Positions 39,398-49,736 are shown, numbered from the stretch's first letter. The stretch: DNA of 64,000 nt from an uncultured virus (IMG/VR IMGVR_UViG_3300027749_000050) (IMGVR_UViG_3300027749_000050), one strand, 5' to 3'. Numbers and translations are program-made. The notes: a model not told the origin generated them from the letters alone.

Positions 39398-39596
39398 AAT
39401 TATATATTTTAAATTTTTAAGTAATTGAACCTAATAAGGGTTGCAAATCCTTCACATGATCAGTGTGGTATGCATACTATAGGTGATCTAAAGATACTAT
39501 CTTTAGAGGGGGTTATTTTCTGGGTTTAGCAGGCTTATCATTACTATCTTGTTTACAGATAATGGTTGACTTGTTTTTCATAGAAAATAGTTTTAT

Positions 39597-39633
39597 TAAA
39601 TAATGGAGAAGTTACGGCTCCTCCATTTATTTA
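39597..39633. terminator. Inverted repeat/terminator-like hairpin
   Basis: TAAATAATGGAG...CTCCATTTATTTA just past the stop of the 59-aa ORF. Confidence 0.45.
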
Positions 39634-39638
39634 AAAGT

Positions 39639-39818
39639 TTAGCATTTTTTACCTTTCATACTACCACCATATTTCATTTTAGTCATTGCTGACTTAGGAG
39701 CAGTAGAAGAAACAACACCTTTACCAGCATTTTTACCTACCATTACACCTTTAGTAGATGCACCTGGACGGCCTGATTTAGGAGCTACAGACTTTGAAGT
39801 TTTTGGATTACCAGCCAT
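39639..39818 (-). CDS. Small basic protein (59 aa) with MKYGG motif, directly after MCP
   Basis: Manual translation MAGNPKTSKSVAPKSGRPGASTKGVMVGKNAGKGVVSSTAPKSAMTKMKYGGSMKGKKC*. Confidence 0.7.
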   Translation of the reverse strand: MAGNPKTSKSVAPKSGRPGASTKGVMVGKNAGKGVVSSTAPKSAMTKMKYGGSMKGKKC

Positions 39819-39851
39819 TGTATATATATTTTAAATTGTGACTTTATAATG

Positions 39852-39885
39852 ACCTGCTAGCAGTTCTTATGGTATGCTAGCAGGT
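39852..39885 (-). terminator. Hairpin after major capsid gene (terminator/stabilizer)
   Basis: ACCTGCTAGCA-N12-TGCTAGCAGGT perfect 11-bp inverted repeat; no clear U tract. Confidence 0.55.
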
Positions 39886-39899
39886 ACTGTTATAATATA

Positions 39900-41519
39900 T
39901 TAGAATGATCCACCAGTTACAGGGTTTCTCATAACAATCTTCAATACTTTCGTAGGGTCTTTCACCCAAATAGCAGGCATTGTCTGTGTCATGAATACAC
40001 GATATCCGTTAAAGTTTCCAGAAGACTGGAATCCTTGTGTACGTCCCATGTAATCCATAGTACCATTTTGATAGAACCATTTCAATTGATTATCCCAAGA
40101 CAACTTCAACAAATAGATATTATCATTTGTGTTATCTGTGATATCAAAGATAATGAAATTATATGAACTTAATGGGAAACCATCAATAATTGGATTCTCA
40201 ATATCATTTGTATGAACATTATCAAAAGCTGGGTTCAACACAAACTTAACGTTAGCTAAGAATGGAATTACATAACTAGTGTAAGCAAATCCAAAGTTCA
40301 AGTCCATTCCAGTACCAGTTACAGCACCAAGCTCATGAGCATTAAGAACTAAACCAGAGTTAACTGCTTCTTTCTTAATTGCTTCGTTTACAAGCTTCAT
40401 ACCACCCATACCTGTTTGAACGATCAAAGAACGTTGAGGATCTGGACCTTTAAATTCAACTTTACCGTTGAAGAAGTTAAAGATTTCAGATTTAAACAAA
40501 TCTAAGTTAAATGAACCTCTATTATAGATTCTCTTATAAGAGTTATCTAATTGCTTCCAAAGACCAACTGATAAACGAATATCATCTGGACCATCTTGTC
40601 TAACTTTACCACCTTGTCCCCACATTAAGTAAGTCTCAATGTCATTAGCAATCTTAGTCAAATGAGCTGCTTCTAAAGTAGTTAAGAAAGAACGAGTTAA
40701 TTGACCATTTGCATAAGCCTTCTTAACGTAATCCTTACCCATCTTCTCAGCCATTGTTTCTAAGTTAGTAACTGAAGGATCTACATTCTTATCAAAGTTT
40801 CTCCACATTTCAATTACTGGAACTGTACCATCAGCTTTCATACCACCTTTCATCATCAAGTCAGCACGACTAGAAATAGAATAATGTACGTGAGCTTCTG
40901 CTCCTCCTACGTAGTTGTAGAATTCACGGAAACCAGCTGAAACGTTTCCAAGATCAGAGAATCTTTCTCCATACTCTCCACGTGCAGAACCTTTACGGAA
41001 CACCTTAGTACCAACTTTTAAATACTTGTTATCCAAATACTTAGTGTTGTCATTGTTTACTAACTGAACAGTGTAAATAAAACCATCTCCTGCTGGGATG
41101 ATATCATCCACAGTGATGTACATTTCCACACCATTGTACTTATCATAAGTGATAATATCACCATGACCAAAGTAACGTTTGTTAATTTTGATTTTGAAGG
41201 TTTGACCATCAATACCTTTAGTAGCATTAGATGATTCAATATCTTCAATAATGTAAGGAAGATCCTGAGCTACAGGAATCTGCCACTTGTACTCACCACG
41301 GTTATTATCTACTGAAATAACGTTCTTACCACCAAAAGATGACATTTGATACAAAGGCATTTCTACTTTTTGTGCCATTGCCCAAAGATCCACTGGACCT
41401 AAATCTGTAGGCTCAGCTGATTTAAGGAGGTTAGAAAGGTGGTACGAATCTACGTGTGAACTAGTCGTGTAGTTATTGTCACGTAGGAATATACCATTGT
41501 TTAAAACTGGGGTTGCCAT
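39900..41519 (-). CDS. Major capsid protein (crAss-like)
   Basis: 539 aa; terminase-portal-scaffold-MCP order; YKWQI, GLWKQL, TG.GG motifs; strongly biased codon usage. Confidence 0.85.
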   Translation of the reverse strand: MATPVLNNGIFLRDNNYTTSSHVDSYHLSNLLKSAEPTDLGPVDLWAMAQKVEMPLYQMSSFGGKNVISVDNNRGEYKWQIPVAQDLPYIIEDIESSNATKGIDGQTFKIKINKRYFGHGDIITYDKYNGVEMYITVDDIIPAGDGFIYTVQLVNNDNTKYLDNKYLKVGTKVFRKGSARGEYGERFSDLGNVSAGFREFYNYVGGAEAHVHYSISSRADLMMKGGMKADGTVPVIEMWRNFDKNVDPSVTNLETMAEKMGKDYVKKAYANGQLTRSFLTTLEAAHLTKIANDIETYLMWGQGGKVRQDGPDDIRLSVGLWKQLDNSYKRIYNRGSFNLDLFKSEIFNFFNGKVEFKGPDPQRSLIVQTGMGGMKLVNEAIKKEAVNSGLVLNAHELGAVTGTGMDLNFGFAYTSYVIPFLANVKFVLNPAFDNVHTNDIENPIIDGFPLSSYNFIIFDITDNTNDNIYLLKLSWDNQLKWFYQNGTMDYMGRTQGFQSSGNFNGYRVFMTQTMPAIWVKDPTKVLKIVMRNPVTGGSF

Positions 41520-41545
41520 AGGGCTTAAAATTTAAGGGTTAATAA

Positions 41546-42829
41546 TTATCGTTTAAAAATATTTTGAGGTCTAGCTATTTTTCTAGGTTTAGTTTCTTCT
41601 TCCTCTTGGAAAGTAGAAATGTTTTTACGAGACTGTTCTGTTTTTAATTGTCTCACTGTTTGTTCTACAGCTTGATTCTTTCCTTCTTTAGTTAATGTAC
41701 TTCTATATCCTTCAGGATCAGAAAGTAACCAAAGAGCTTCAGCAATCAAAGGATAATTAGGTTCTACAAACTGATACTTTTCTAAAAGATGGCCCAACTG
41801 GTTAGTTGGTCTACCTGATATAGAAGGATATTGAGGTTGTACTAATCCACTATATAACTGAGCTTGTGTTTTTTTATCTAATTTAAGACCATTAATTTCT
41901 GCCGGTCTTAAAGCTTCAAACACATTTTGTTGATATGCCTGAGCTGCATGTTCTTGTTGTTGTTTACGTTGTTCTTGTTCTGCAAGCTGAACTTGAACTA
42001 TTTGCTCTTGCATCTGATCCAACTTAGGCTTAAACTGTTTAGCTTTCTTTTCTAAAGTTCCTAAGTCTTTCCAAGTTGTTAATTCTTCTTGAATTTCATC
42101 AGCATCACCAAAGTTAGTAGCTTGTAAATATTGACGAACAATAAACTCTTGATCATTCTCATCTCTTGGATCCATTTCTCTTACAGCTTCCACTTGTGCT
42201 AATGCAGCAAATAAACCTTTAAGATCCTGTCCCCCATCTGCTACATACTTAGCAGCATATTGTAATTCTTCTGGTAAACTTTCAAAAAACTCAGTTGGAG
42301 TGTTAGAAGCCACTTCTTGTTTAATATTAGAAACATTAGCTTGCCAAAGTTCTTCTACATCTTTCTCAGCTAGTCCACCTAAGTATTCATCAAGAGATTG
42401 TTTCTTTTCATCATAGTCATCAAAAGCAAACATTTCATTACTTTCAATTCTCTTCTTTAAAAATTCAATCAACCCAGACTTTTCTGTTTTAGGTCTTCCT
42501 GCTTTTGACTTAGTATCTTCTTCTAAAGAAGAGGAATCAATAACATCTTCATCAAGAATACTTTTTAATTCAGCTTTTGCTTCAGCAGATGGTTTATTAC
42601 TTTTTTCATTATTAGTAGAGTTAAATGTTTTAGTATCATCAGTTTCATCTTCTTTATCTAAAAAAGTTAAATCCACTTGTTTTTTACTAAACATGTTTGG
42701 TTTAATCTCTGTAGGTTCACCACTTTGAGTGACAATACTGTCTGCACCAGGTGCCCCATCGAATAAACTATCTAAATCTAAATCTACTTGTTGTACAGAA
42801 GTCTGTACATTTGTTTGAATATCAGCCAT
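41546..42829 (-). CDS. Acidic scaffold-like protein between portal and MCP
   Basis: Acidic N-terminus, coiled coil; likely start ATG 42829 (MADIQ) rather than the 42874 track start. Confidence 0.65.
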   Translation of the reverse strand: MADIQTNVQTSVQQVDLDLDSLFDGAPGADSIVTQSGEPTEIKPNMFSKKQVDLTFLDKEDETDDTKTFNSTNNEKSNKPSAEAKAELKSILDEDVIDSSSLEEDTKSKAGRPKTEKSGLIEFLKKRIESNEMFAFDDYDEKKQSLDEYLGGLAEKDVEELWQANVSNIKQEVASNTPTEFFESLPEELQYAAKYVADGGQDLKGLFAALAQVEAVREMDPRDENDQEFIVRQYLQATNFGDADEIQEELTTWKDLGTLEKKAKQFKPKLDQMQEQIVQVQLAEQEQRKQQQEHAAQAYQQNVFEALRPAEINGLKLDKKTQAQLYSGLVQPQYPSISGRPTNQLGHLLEKYQFVEPNYPLIAEALWLLSDPEGYRSTLTKEGKNQAVEQTVRQLKTEQSRKNISTFQEEEETKPRKIARPQNIFKR

Positions 42830-42943
42830 ATTTGTTTGGTTTTTTATGTGTATGTCTACATTATTAATATACAACTTAAACTCTAAAAATTTACAGAATA
42901 TTTAAAAACGATACCCGATGTATGGATTATAGAGCTATAATTT

Positions 42944-45694
42944 TTATTTCTTCTTTTCAGATTTATCTTTTACATCATACTTGTTTTTATTAGTACGTGC
43001 AATTTCAAGTTGTTTCTCAGCTATTTCCTTTTGAGTTTGTAACTTTTCTCTATCAATACTATGCTTATCACTCGTTTGCATGTTCTTATTTACTTCTTGC
43101 TCACGTTTGAAATTCATAGTTTCTTGATAGTTCTGTTCTTTTTTAATACCAGCCATGGCATCCATATAATCATTTTGTTGATTTTGATTAATATCAACCA
43201 TAGATCCCATACCAGCTGATCTAATTTCAGCTTCAGTAATTCTAGCTTGTCTATCTTTAGCAGACTCCTCAGCTTTAAACTGTTGAGCCATTTGAAGTTG
43301 TTTCTCTTGAGCTTGTAACTGTTCTTGTTGCATTTGTTGTTGATGCTGTTGCTCTTGTTGTTTCTGAGCATTAACTTTTTCTTCAGCAGATTTAAGAACA
43401 CCAGTTAATTCACCTATAGATTCAGATTTAATGATATTACCAAGATCATAAACAGATGCTCCAGTGGTATTATTATTAATAGCCAATTGTTTAAGTTGTT
43501 CCATTACAGAACGAGAATTAGTCTTAGTGGTACAAAATATATTAAGATCCCTCATTAAAAGATCTGTACCATTCATTTGGAAATTAACCTTTTCATCAGT
43601 TCCTGTAATGTATTGTAAACGTACACTAGGTTTCTTAGAATGATAATACTGTGCTAAGTCAGTTCTCATCCCGTGTACACGAGGCATCAAGTTATCACTA
43701 TGTTGTATGAAGTATTGTTCTGTCTGTGCATAGGAAGCATTTTGAGCCTGTTCTACAGCCGTTGCTGTTTGTTGCTGAGCAATCTGCATACCCATACGTT
43801 GATCATTCAATCCTATAACAGCAAATGCTTCTTGTTTAAAATACTTAGCAAGATTAATCCTAGAAAGCAAACGGTTAGTTTGTTCTAGATTTAACACTTG
43901 ATAATGTTGAAAGTTAAGAGCATTCTCAGTGTTAGTGATAGACGTATCCAATGGTAACATTTGAAAGTTCTTCATTGCCACATATGCCTTAGACAAATTG
44001 TTCTTTCCCCAGTCTTCTCCCAATGAGTGACGTGGTAGAGCATTCTGATCTAACATAATAACTGTACCAAGCTCATCTACTAATATATCAGCTATCTGGT
44101 TGTTTACAATGTTATATCCAATCTGAAATGGCTTCATTAAATCTACAAGACTCACTGATCTAGTATTTCTATCTCCAAATACAGCTCCTTCTACAGGAAG
44201 CTTACAACCATACAATGTAGAATCCCCTTTAAATTGAAAAGGCACTCTACCTGGTTTACCTCCATTAAGCCCAAGATATATAGGATTGATACCACCTGGA
44301 TTATTCATACCCCAGAAAGCCGGTCTATTAGGACCAATCTTTACACCACCCCACACTTCATTAATCCATATCCAATCTATATGTTCTCCAAATACTACGT
44401 TATCTTTAGTTTTTTGTTTATACACTGAAGTGTCGTATTCTGGTTTATCAGTCACTTTATATTCTTCAGATATAATATCTTGTATAATTTCTCCTTCTGA
44501 TGTTATTTTAGTAAGGTGACCCACCTTTCTTTGACTCTTCCAATAGATTGTAGAGACACGTAACATGTATGACTTACCAAAGTCTTGGAGATCTTCAGAG
44601 TCTGATAATATCCATTGTACAATATCTCCAAATTGAGATCCGGCATCATACAAACTAGTAAATTGTCTATAAGCCAAAGAAGGCATTTGAGTATTCCACT
44701 CGTGAGATCTAGTTGGGTCATAATAAGTTCCGTCATTTTGATATCCCTGTATGGCATACCCAGCTGAACGGGCAGGATATATAGCTTCCAAAGCTTCTAA
44801 TTGATCTTCATTCATCATCCAACCATACTTGTCTACAACGTCTGATATAGACATCATATCCATTTTACCCACCCAGTTACCCTGGGATATGTAACGTACA
44901 TCTGGAGATTTGTGATAAAATGTAAGTAGGGGATTCCATAATTCTAACTCATAATCATCCTCCATCATATTAAAATGCCAGAACTCTCTATCTGTAATAA
45001 GCATATCACGAAAAGCTCTTTCTTCTAATTCTTGTAATTTAAATCTTTCTTCATCCACATTCATCTGATGAGTGGCCCATTCTTCAATCATTGATCTATA
45101 ATCTTTTTTGAAGAACTGTTCTATTTCTGGAAGAGATTTAAGTTTTTCAGGAGATAATTCTTGTTGAGCTTCTTCACTATCAGGCTCCAACCCCATTTGC
45201 ATTATCTTCATCATTTGTTTTTGTTGAGCTTCTGCTAACAAAACATCCTCAATCATTTGTCTTTTAACTTCTAACATTTCATTATATGAAATATCATCTA
45301 TTGCTCTAAACATTATTCTTGAACTCCTTTTAGAGAATTCATTAGTGAGAACATTAATTACATTGGGAATGATAGGATAGAACTTAAGCTCAAATGCTGA
45401 TACATCTTCTTTAGTAAGAGTGTCTATAAGATCTGCCATCTCATTATCCTCCTCCACTATATAATCTTGTTTGTCTATAATACCTTTAGCCAACTTATAA
45501 TTTTTCATCAAACGTCTAGCATTACGTCTAAGTTGTTTCATACCTTGAAACTCTAACCAGTCAAGGTTCCAACCTCTCCACTGATCATCCTTTTCTTTTT
45601 CAGAAACAAACTGAAAAGGTTGAACCAGAGTACCCATTTTATTGTACTCAACTTTAGCTCCCTTCTTTACCTGTAAGGCATTATATATTTGCAT
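42944..45694 (-). CDS. Portal protein
   Basis: 916 aa; YPIIPNVINVL, SLVDLMKPFQ..YNI motifs, Gln-rich coiled-coil tail; follows terminase. Confidence 0.85.
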   Translation of the reverse strand: MQIYNALQVKKGAKVEYNKMGTLVQPFQFVSEKEKDDQWRGWNLDWLEFQGMKQLRRNARRLMKNYKLAKGIIDKQDYIVEEDNEMADLIDTLTKEDVSAFELKFYPIIPNVINVLTNEFSKRSSRIMFRAIDDISYNEMLEVKRQMIEDVLLAEAQQKQMMKIMQMGLEPDSEEAQQELSPEKLKSLPEIEQFFKKDYRSMIEEWATHQMNVDEERFKLQELEERAFRDMLITDREFWHFNMMEDDYELELWNPLLTFYHKSPDVRYISQGNWVGKMDMMSISDVVDKYGWMMNEDQLEALEAIYPARSAGYAIQGYQNDGTYYDPTRSHEWNTQMPSLAYRQFTSLYDAGSQFGDIVQWILSDSEDLQDFGKSYMLRVSTIYWKSQRKVGHLTKITSEGEIIQDIISEEYKVTDKPEYDTSVYKQKTKDNVVFGEHIDWIWINEVWGGVKIGPNRPAFWGMNNPGGINPIYLGLNGGKPGRVPFQFKGDSTLYGCKLPVEGAVFGDRNTRSVSLVDLMKPFQIGYNIVNNQIADILVDELGTVIMLDQNALPRHSLGEDWGKNNLSKAYVAMKNFQMLPLDTSITNTENALNFQHYQVLNLEQTNRLLSRINLAKYFKQEAFAVIGLNDQRMGMQIAQQQTATAVEQAQNASYAQTEQYFIQHSDNLMPRVHGMRTDLAQYYHSKKPSVRLQYITGTDEKVNFQMNGTDLLMRDLNIFCTTKTNSRSVMEQLKQLAINNNTTGASVYDLGNIIKSESIGELTGVLKSAEEKVNAQKQQEQQHQQQMQQEQLQAQEKQLQMAQQFKAEESAKDRQARITEAEIRSAGMGSMVDINQNQQNDYMDAMAGIKKEQNYQETMNFKREQEVNKNMQTSDKHSIDREKLQTQKEIAEKQLEIARTNKNKYDVKDKSEKKK

Positions 45695-45696
45695 GA

Positions 45697-45816
45697 TTAT
45701 AAATTAGTTAGTGTAACATTTTCAGTTACAATATATGTAACATCAGTGGGCCCCGTTGTATTTGTAAAAATAAAAGTTCCAGCATTTAAGTCTGAAATTG
45801 TAACTGTTGTTTCCAT
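45697..45816 (-). CDS. Small hypothetical protein (39 aa) between terminase and portal
   Basis: Manual translation METTVTISDLNAGTFIFTNTTGPTDVTYIVTENVTLTNL*; fills the gap. Confidence 0.45.
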   Translation of the reverse strand: METTVTISDLNAGTFIFTNTTGPTDVTYIVTENVTLTNL

Positions 45817-45821
45817 ATTAT

Positions 45822-48020
45822 TTATTTTATATTTCTGAAAGCACTACGTGAAGGTTTCATCATAGACCCTCCTTTATTATTTCCAATATGCCTAAAGGGA
45901 CTATAATTTAATTTACTAAATTTTTGTGAGTTATCCAAGTTTTTGTTTGTAACTTCTACACGTTTAGATATACCTCTGTTAGATTGCTGCACCCTAGCAA
46001 AAGCTACAAGAGAACAGAATGCTACAAGTCTATCCACGTTTAGTCCATCTCTGTATGCTTGCATTTCTCTAAGTAACATAATATCTGGTATTCTTTCCAC
46101 TCCATATATTATTTTAGTTATTGTTCCATCAGTTTCTGTTTCTGTATCTAATTCCTCTAATAAAAACTCTATACCATAACTTAGAATATTACCTTTAAAC
46201 AATGTTCCTACGTTCTTCCAACCATACTCTTGGAATACATTACGATTAGCTCCTATATCTTTTAAGAACAATATCATATCTTTAGGAACCAAGTATCTTT
46301 GTTTTTTTCTAGACATCATATACTGTATAAACAAAGCTACGTTATTCTCCACTAATGTCCAGGCATTATACCATTCTATTAGTATTTCTAGACGTTCATG
46401 GGTTTTTTTAAGATCATCAAATCTTCCACACCAAGAAGCCACTATTTTATCTCTTTCTAAAACTGATGTAATTCTTCCTCCTCCATCATCTGTAATAACT
46501 TCCACTGGATTTTTATAGACATATATAGAACATAATGATTCTGATGTAGTTGTCTTACCTTCTCCTACAGGATCCACAGAAGCATAGTACATGCCGAATG
46601 TTGGATTTTTACAAGGACGTTCATAAATACATATCACTCCCTCTTTATCTTCTGTCTTCTTAGATATGGGAAATTCCATTATAGGAGTTTTCCTAGAAGG
46701 TTTATCTATAATCTTACCTTCTGCATCTCTAGAAAGTTCTAAATATTCTATTGGATATTGTTTATCAGCTATCTTTTGCATCTGTTTAGATACTAAATGA
46801 GGAGGAAATATACTAACTTTTCTAGTAGCAAAAGCTTCTTCTATAGTACGTGGATGCTGAGATATTGTAAGCTGATAAGCAGCCGGGTCCATATTTTTCT
46901 TAGACTTTTCAAACTCTGCATCTAATGCAGCAAGAGCTTCCTCCACTTTAGAATTACCATATCCATCTATATATGGAGGCATTGACCATTGCTCTGGTAT
47001 AAATAAACCAGTGATTCCTAATGTACCATCTTTATCTATAAGATTAGAAGCTACACCATAAAAACCATTTTCTTCTGGGTGAAGTATATATTCTTTAAGA
47101 GGTTCACATTGATCAAGATCACCCACAGATCCAGCAGCTATAAACTGTCCTGTGATGATATGGCCTGATTTAAGGGCTGGTTTCATGAAGCCATATGTAT
47201 CATCCATCTTAGGAGCAATACCACCCTCCTCATGAAAGAAATAAGTTACAGGGCCACCGACACCATTAGTTGGATCTTTTTCAAATGAATAAGAATTTAT
47301 AGTTGATTTATTTCCTCTGTAAGTATCACGATTATTAATTCTCACTTTAATCTGCTGTTGCCATGCTCCCACCTTATCTGGTTCTGATGGTCTATACCAA
47401 GCAGTGTGTTCATTTAAGAAGTTCTTATATTCATTTAAAAACTTCCAAGAACCTTTTTCATTTATATAATCTTTTAAACTAGCTCCTATCTTTAACACAG
47501 CACCCTCTTCAAACCAATACTGATTAATGAGTTTAGCCATATGAAAATAGGAGGAAGCTATCTGACGTTTTTTAAGAATAATGGCATGTTTGTAATGCAT
47601 CTCTCCTAATATCTCATATAAAGCCATATGATACTGAGCATCTCTTACCTTAGCAAAATCAAAACGTTTTTCTTCTTTGTCATAAATGGGTAGGAAGTTA
47701 AGCCACATGTAATAATCCCTAGATAGATACCAAGTGTCTGTATCACTATGTACAATAATACCTACACGACACTTGTGTTTTTGGTCATTCCAATAATGGA
47801 TAAAGTCTTTAGTTTTTATAGGTGCCGAACAATAATATCCTTGTTTTTGAAACTTACGTCCTTCAACATTAAATGTTAAACTTGCATCATCAAAATTATA
47901 TTGCCCAGGTTCTTTAAATAACGGTAATAAAAAGTTTTTGAAATCATCTCTAGTGACAAATTCAGTGGTAGACCATTGTCCATTTTTATAAGTAGGTATG
48001 GATATATAGTTATTCTGCAC
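45822..48020 (-). CDS. terL: Terminase large subunit
   Basis: KKRQIASS (Walker A variant), FFHEEGG (Walker B), YASVDP nuclease motif, NVDR near the C-terminus. Confidence 0.9.
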   Translation of the reverse strand: MQNNYISIPTYKNGQWSTTEFVTRDDFKNFLLPLFKEPGQYNFDDASLTFNVEGRKFQKQGYYCSAPIKTKDFIHYWNDQKHKCRVGIIVHSDTDTWYLSRDYYMWLNFLPIYDKEEKRFDFAKVRDAQYHMALYEILGEMHYKHAIILKKRQIASSYFHMAKLINQYWFEEGAVLKIGASLKDYINEKGSWKFLNEYKNFLNEHTAWYRPSEPDKVGAWQQQIKVRINNRDTYRGNKSTINSYSFEKDPTNGVGGPVTYFFHEEGGIAPKMDDTYGFMKPALKSGHIITGQFIAAGSVGDLDQCEPLKEYILHPEENGFYGVASNLIDKDGTLGITGLFIPEQWSMPPYIDGYGNSKVEEALAALDAEFEKSKKNMDPAAYQLTISQHPRTIEEAFATRKVSIFPPHLVSKQMQKIADKQYPIEYLELSRDAEGKIIDKPSRKTPIMEFPISKKTEDKEGVICIYERPCKNPTFGMYYASVDPVGEGKTTTSESLCSIYVYKNPVEVITDDGGGRITSVLERDKIVASWCGRFDDLKKTHERLEILIEWYNAWTLVENNVALFIQYMMSRKKQRYLVPKDMILFLKDIGANRNVFQEYGWKNVGTLFKGNILSYGIEFLLEELDTETETDGTITKIIYGVERIPDIMLLREMQAYRDGLNVDRLVAFCSLVAFARVQQSNRGISKRVEVTNKNLDNSQKFSKLNYSPFRHIGNNKGGSMMKPSRSAFRNIK

Positions 48021-48276
48021 CTTCTCCGTTTATAATATGTTCTATTTTATCAATGTTACCTTTAGATTTATGTAATAACTCTAATAATGTACTAATGTTT
48101 TTACTTCTAATAACACTTGAATGTTTGTAATCATTCCAATATTCATTATATGTTTCACGTGGAACAGCTGCCCAGTTTCCTGTAAAAGAGTTAAAATGAA
48201 ATATCCAATCATTTAAATAATTTAAATCTTGGTTATACAATGGTTCTACATCTTGATATACTTCTTGTTTAGGCAT
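48010..48276 (-). CDS. Hypothetical protein
   Basis: WIFHFNSFTGNWAA; likely start at MPKQ within the track ORF 48010..48324. Confidence 0.5.
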   Translation of the reverse strand: MPKQEVYQDVEPLYNQDLNYLNDWIFHFNSFTGNWAAVPRETYNEYWNDYKHSSVIRSKNISTLLELLHKSKGNIDKIEHIINGEGAE

Positions 48277-48877
48277 AGGTTTTAGTTTTAATATTGTTTT
48301 TTTTAAGCCAGTTAGGAACTGCATCGTTATAATATTTTATATGGTTATAGTTAGCTATTTTTTTATATTCAGAAATACCATAAAAGTTTCCTTTGGTAGC
48401 CGTTATGTTTTCATCAACACCATCTCTTGTACTAAAGTTTCTTAATACATCTGGTGTATATATTCCAGGAATGTAACAAGTCATTTCACCATCATCATTC
48501 TTTTCTACAAATACAAGTATTTCACATTTGATTGCTGCCCTTGATACTTTGTGATATTTGTCTTCATTCTTATTTATAAGAAGTGCTTTAACTCCTACAT
48601 GTGGGCATCCTGCATTTGTTAAATCTCCATGATCATAGTTAGAAGAATCACCCACTGAATAGTCTATAAAGTTTATATTAAACATTTTCTCCACTGCTCG
48701 TTCAGCATAAAGTCCATAAATATGTCTAAAGTAAATACCTTCTCCATCATTAGTATATCCTGATTCTGATTTTTTTGCCTCTTCAATTTTTAAAGCCAGC
48801 TCTTCTAAAGGTTTCATTTCTTTTTTAGAAAGATGCACACTGTTATATTTTTCAATCATATAAAAATAATTAAGCAA
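48269..48877 (-). CDS. Restriction-endonuclease-fold-like protein
   Basis: GLYAERAV...D.GDL...VGVK pattern (degenerate PD-(D/E)xK). Confidence 0.4.
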   Translation of the reverse strand: MLNYFYMIEKYNSVHLSKKEMKPLEELALKIEEAKKSESGYTNDGEGIYFRHIYGLYAERAVEKMFNINFIDYSVGDSSNYDHGDLTNAGCPHVGVKALLINKNEDKYHKVSRAAIKCEILVFVEKNDDGEMTCYIPGIYTPDVLRNFSTRDGVDENITATKGNFYGISEYKKIANYNHIKYYNDAVPNWLKKNNIKTKTYA

Positions 48878-49211
48878 GATTAAATCCTTCTACATCTCTT
48901 CTTTGTCTATCTCTTGTTCTAGCTTCCTGCCAATTAATAGCTTCTTGAAGTTTAATAATAGTTTGTTCATTTTCTTTACAAGGAAAGTCTGAATTTAAAC
49001 TTTCAAATAAACACTTTGCATATTTAATAATATCTAAAGCTTGTACACCATTCACTCCTACAGATTTAACAGGAGAAGATTGAATAGTAAATTTAACCAT
49101 TGGAGAATCTACACTATCTTCTTCAATGTTTTCCAGTTGAATATATCCTGTTGGAATTTCTGGATAGAGTTCTACATTATATTTAAATAATGCTTTTTCT
49201 AAATGTGTCAT
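48870..49211 (-). CDS. Tad1/Acb2-like anti-defence sponge protein
   Basis: IQ..P....GVNG...FPCKEN..TIIKLQEAINW..RT.DR..R.VEG resembles the Tad1 C-terminal helices. Confidence 0.7.
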   Translation of the reverse strand: MTHLEKALFKYNVELYPEIPTGYIQLENIEEDSVDSPMVKFTIQSSPVKSVGVNGVQALDIIKYAKCLFESLNSDFPCKENEQTIIKLQEAINWQEARTRDRQRRDVEGFNLA

Positions 49212-49223
49212 AGTATTTTAAAT

Positions 49224-49736
49224 TTATTGATCGTAAGCTAAATTTTGTCCACCACGTACAGATGATTGTTGTTCTTCCATTAAATCTTTATACACTCCTT
49301 TAAAAGACTGACGTACACCATCATACTTTTCAGCCATTCTAAGAAGAGCTGGACTTGATCCATCTCTACCAAATGTTAATGCTTCTGTTGCCATACTCCT
49401 AGCCATATTATCTAAGAATATTTTAATACCTTGATATGCTCTATATGTAGGAGTTTGATACATTTGTTCACATCTCTTCAATCCATTTGCAATTAACTCA
49501 TCATCTAAACTAAAATCAGCATCTATTTCATTTAGTATAATACTTTCTTTATCTGTTTCTGGTATATCAAAGAATGGATTTAAATCTGGATTGGGGCAAG
49601 TCATGTAAAATAAGTAGGCATATATAGTAAGATGATCATCAGGGTAGGCATCCATAATATCCTTAAGAAACTTAAGAGTGTAGCAATGTTCTGTAGGAAT
49701 TACTTTTTTATTACTTATATCAAATAATCTTATCAT
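49224..49736 (-). CDS. Conserved crAss-like protein upstream of terminase (possible small terminase)
   Basis: 170 aa; NPF motif, C-terminal VRGG; synteny. Confidence 0.4.
   Translation of the reverse strand: MIRLFDISNKKVIPTEHCYTLKFLKDIMDAYPDDHLTIYAYLFYMTCPNPDLNPFFDIPETDKESIILNEIDADFSLDDELIANGLKRCEQMYQTPTYRAYQGIKIFLDNMARSMATEALTFGRDGSSPALLRMAEKYDGVRQSFKGVYKDLMEEQQSSVRGGQNLAYDQ

Noticed and set aside
39440..39470. Hammerhead ribozyme
   Set aside because: CUGAUCA is present but the CUGAnGA core and correctly placed GAAA are not
45822..48020. Intein or intron in terminase/portal/MCP, common in some crAss-like clades
   Set aside because: Genes are continuous and of ordinary length, with no splicing or homing-endonuclease motifs seen
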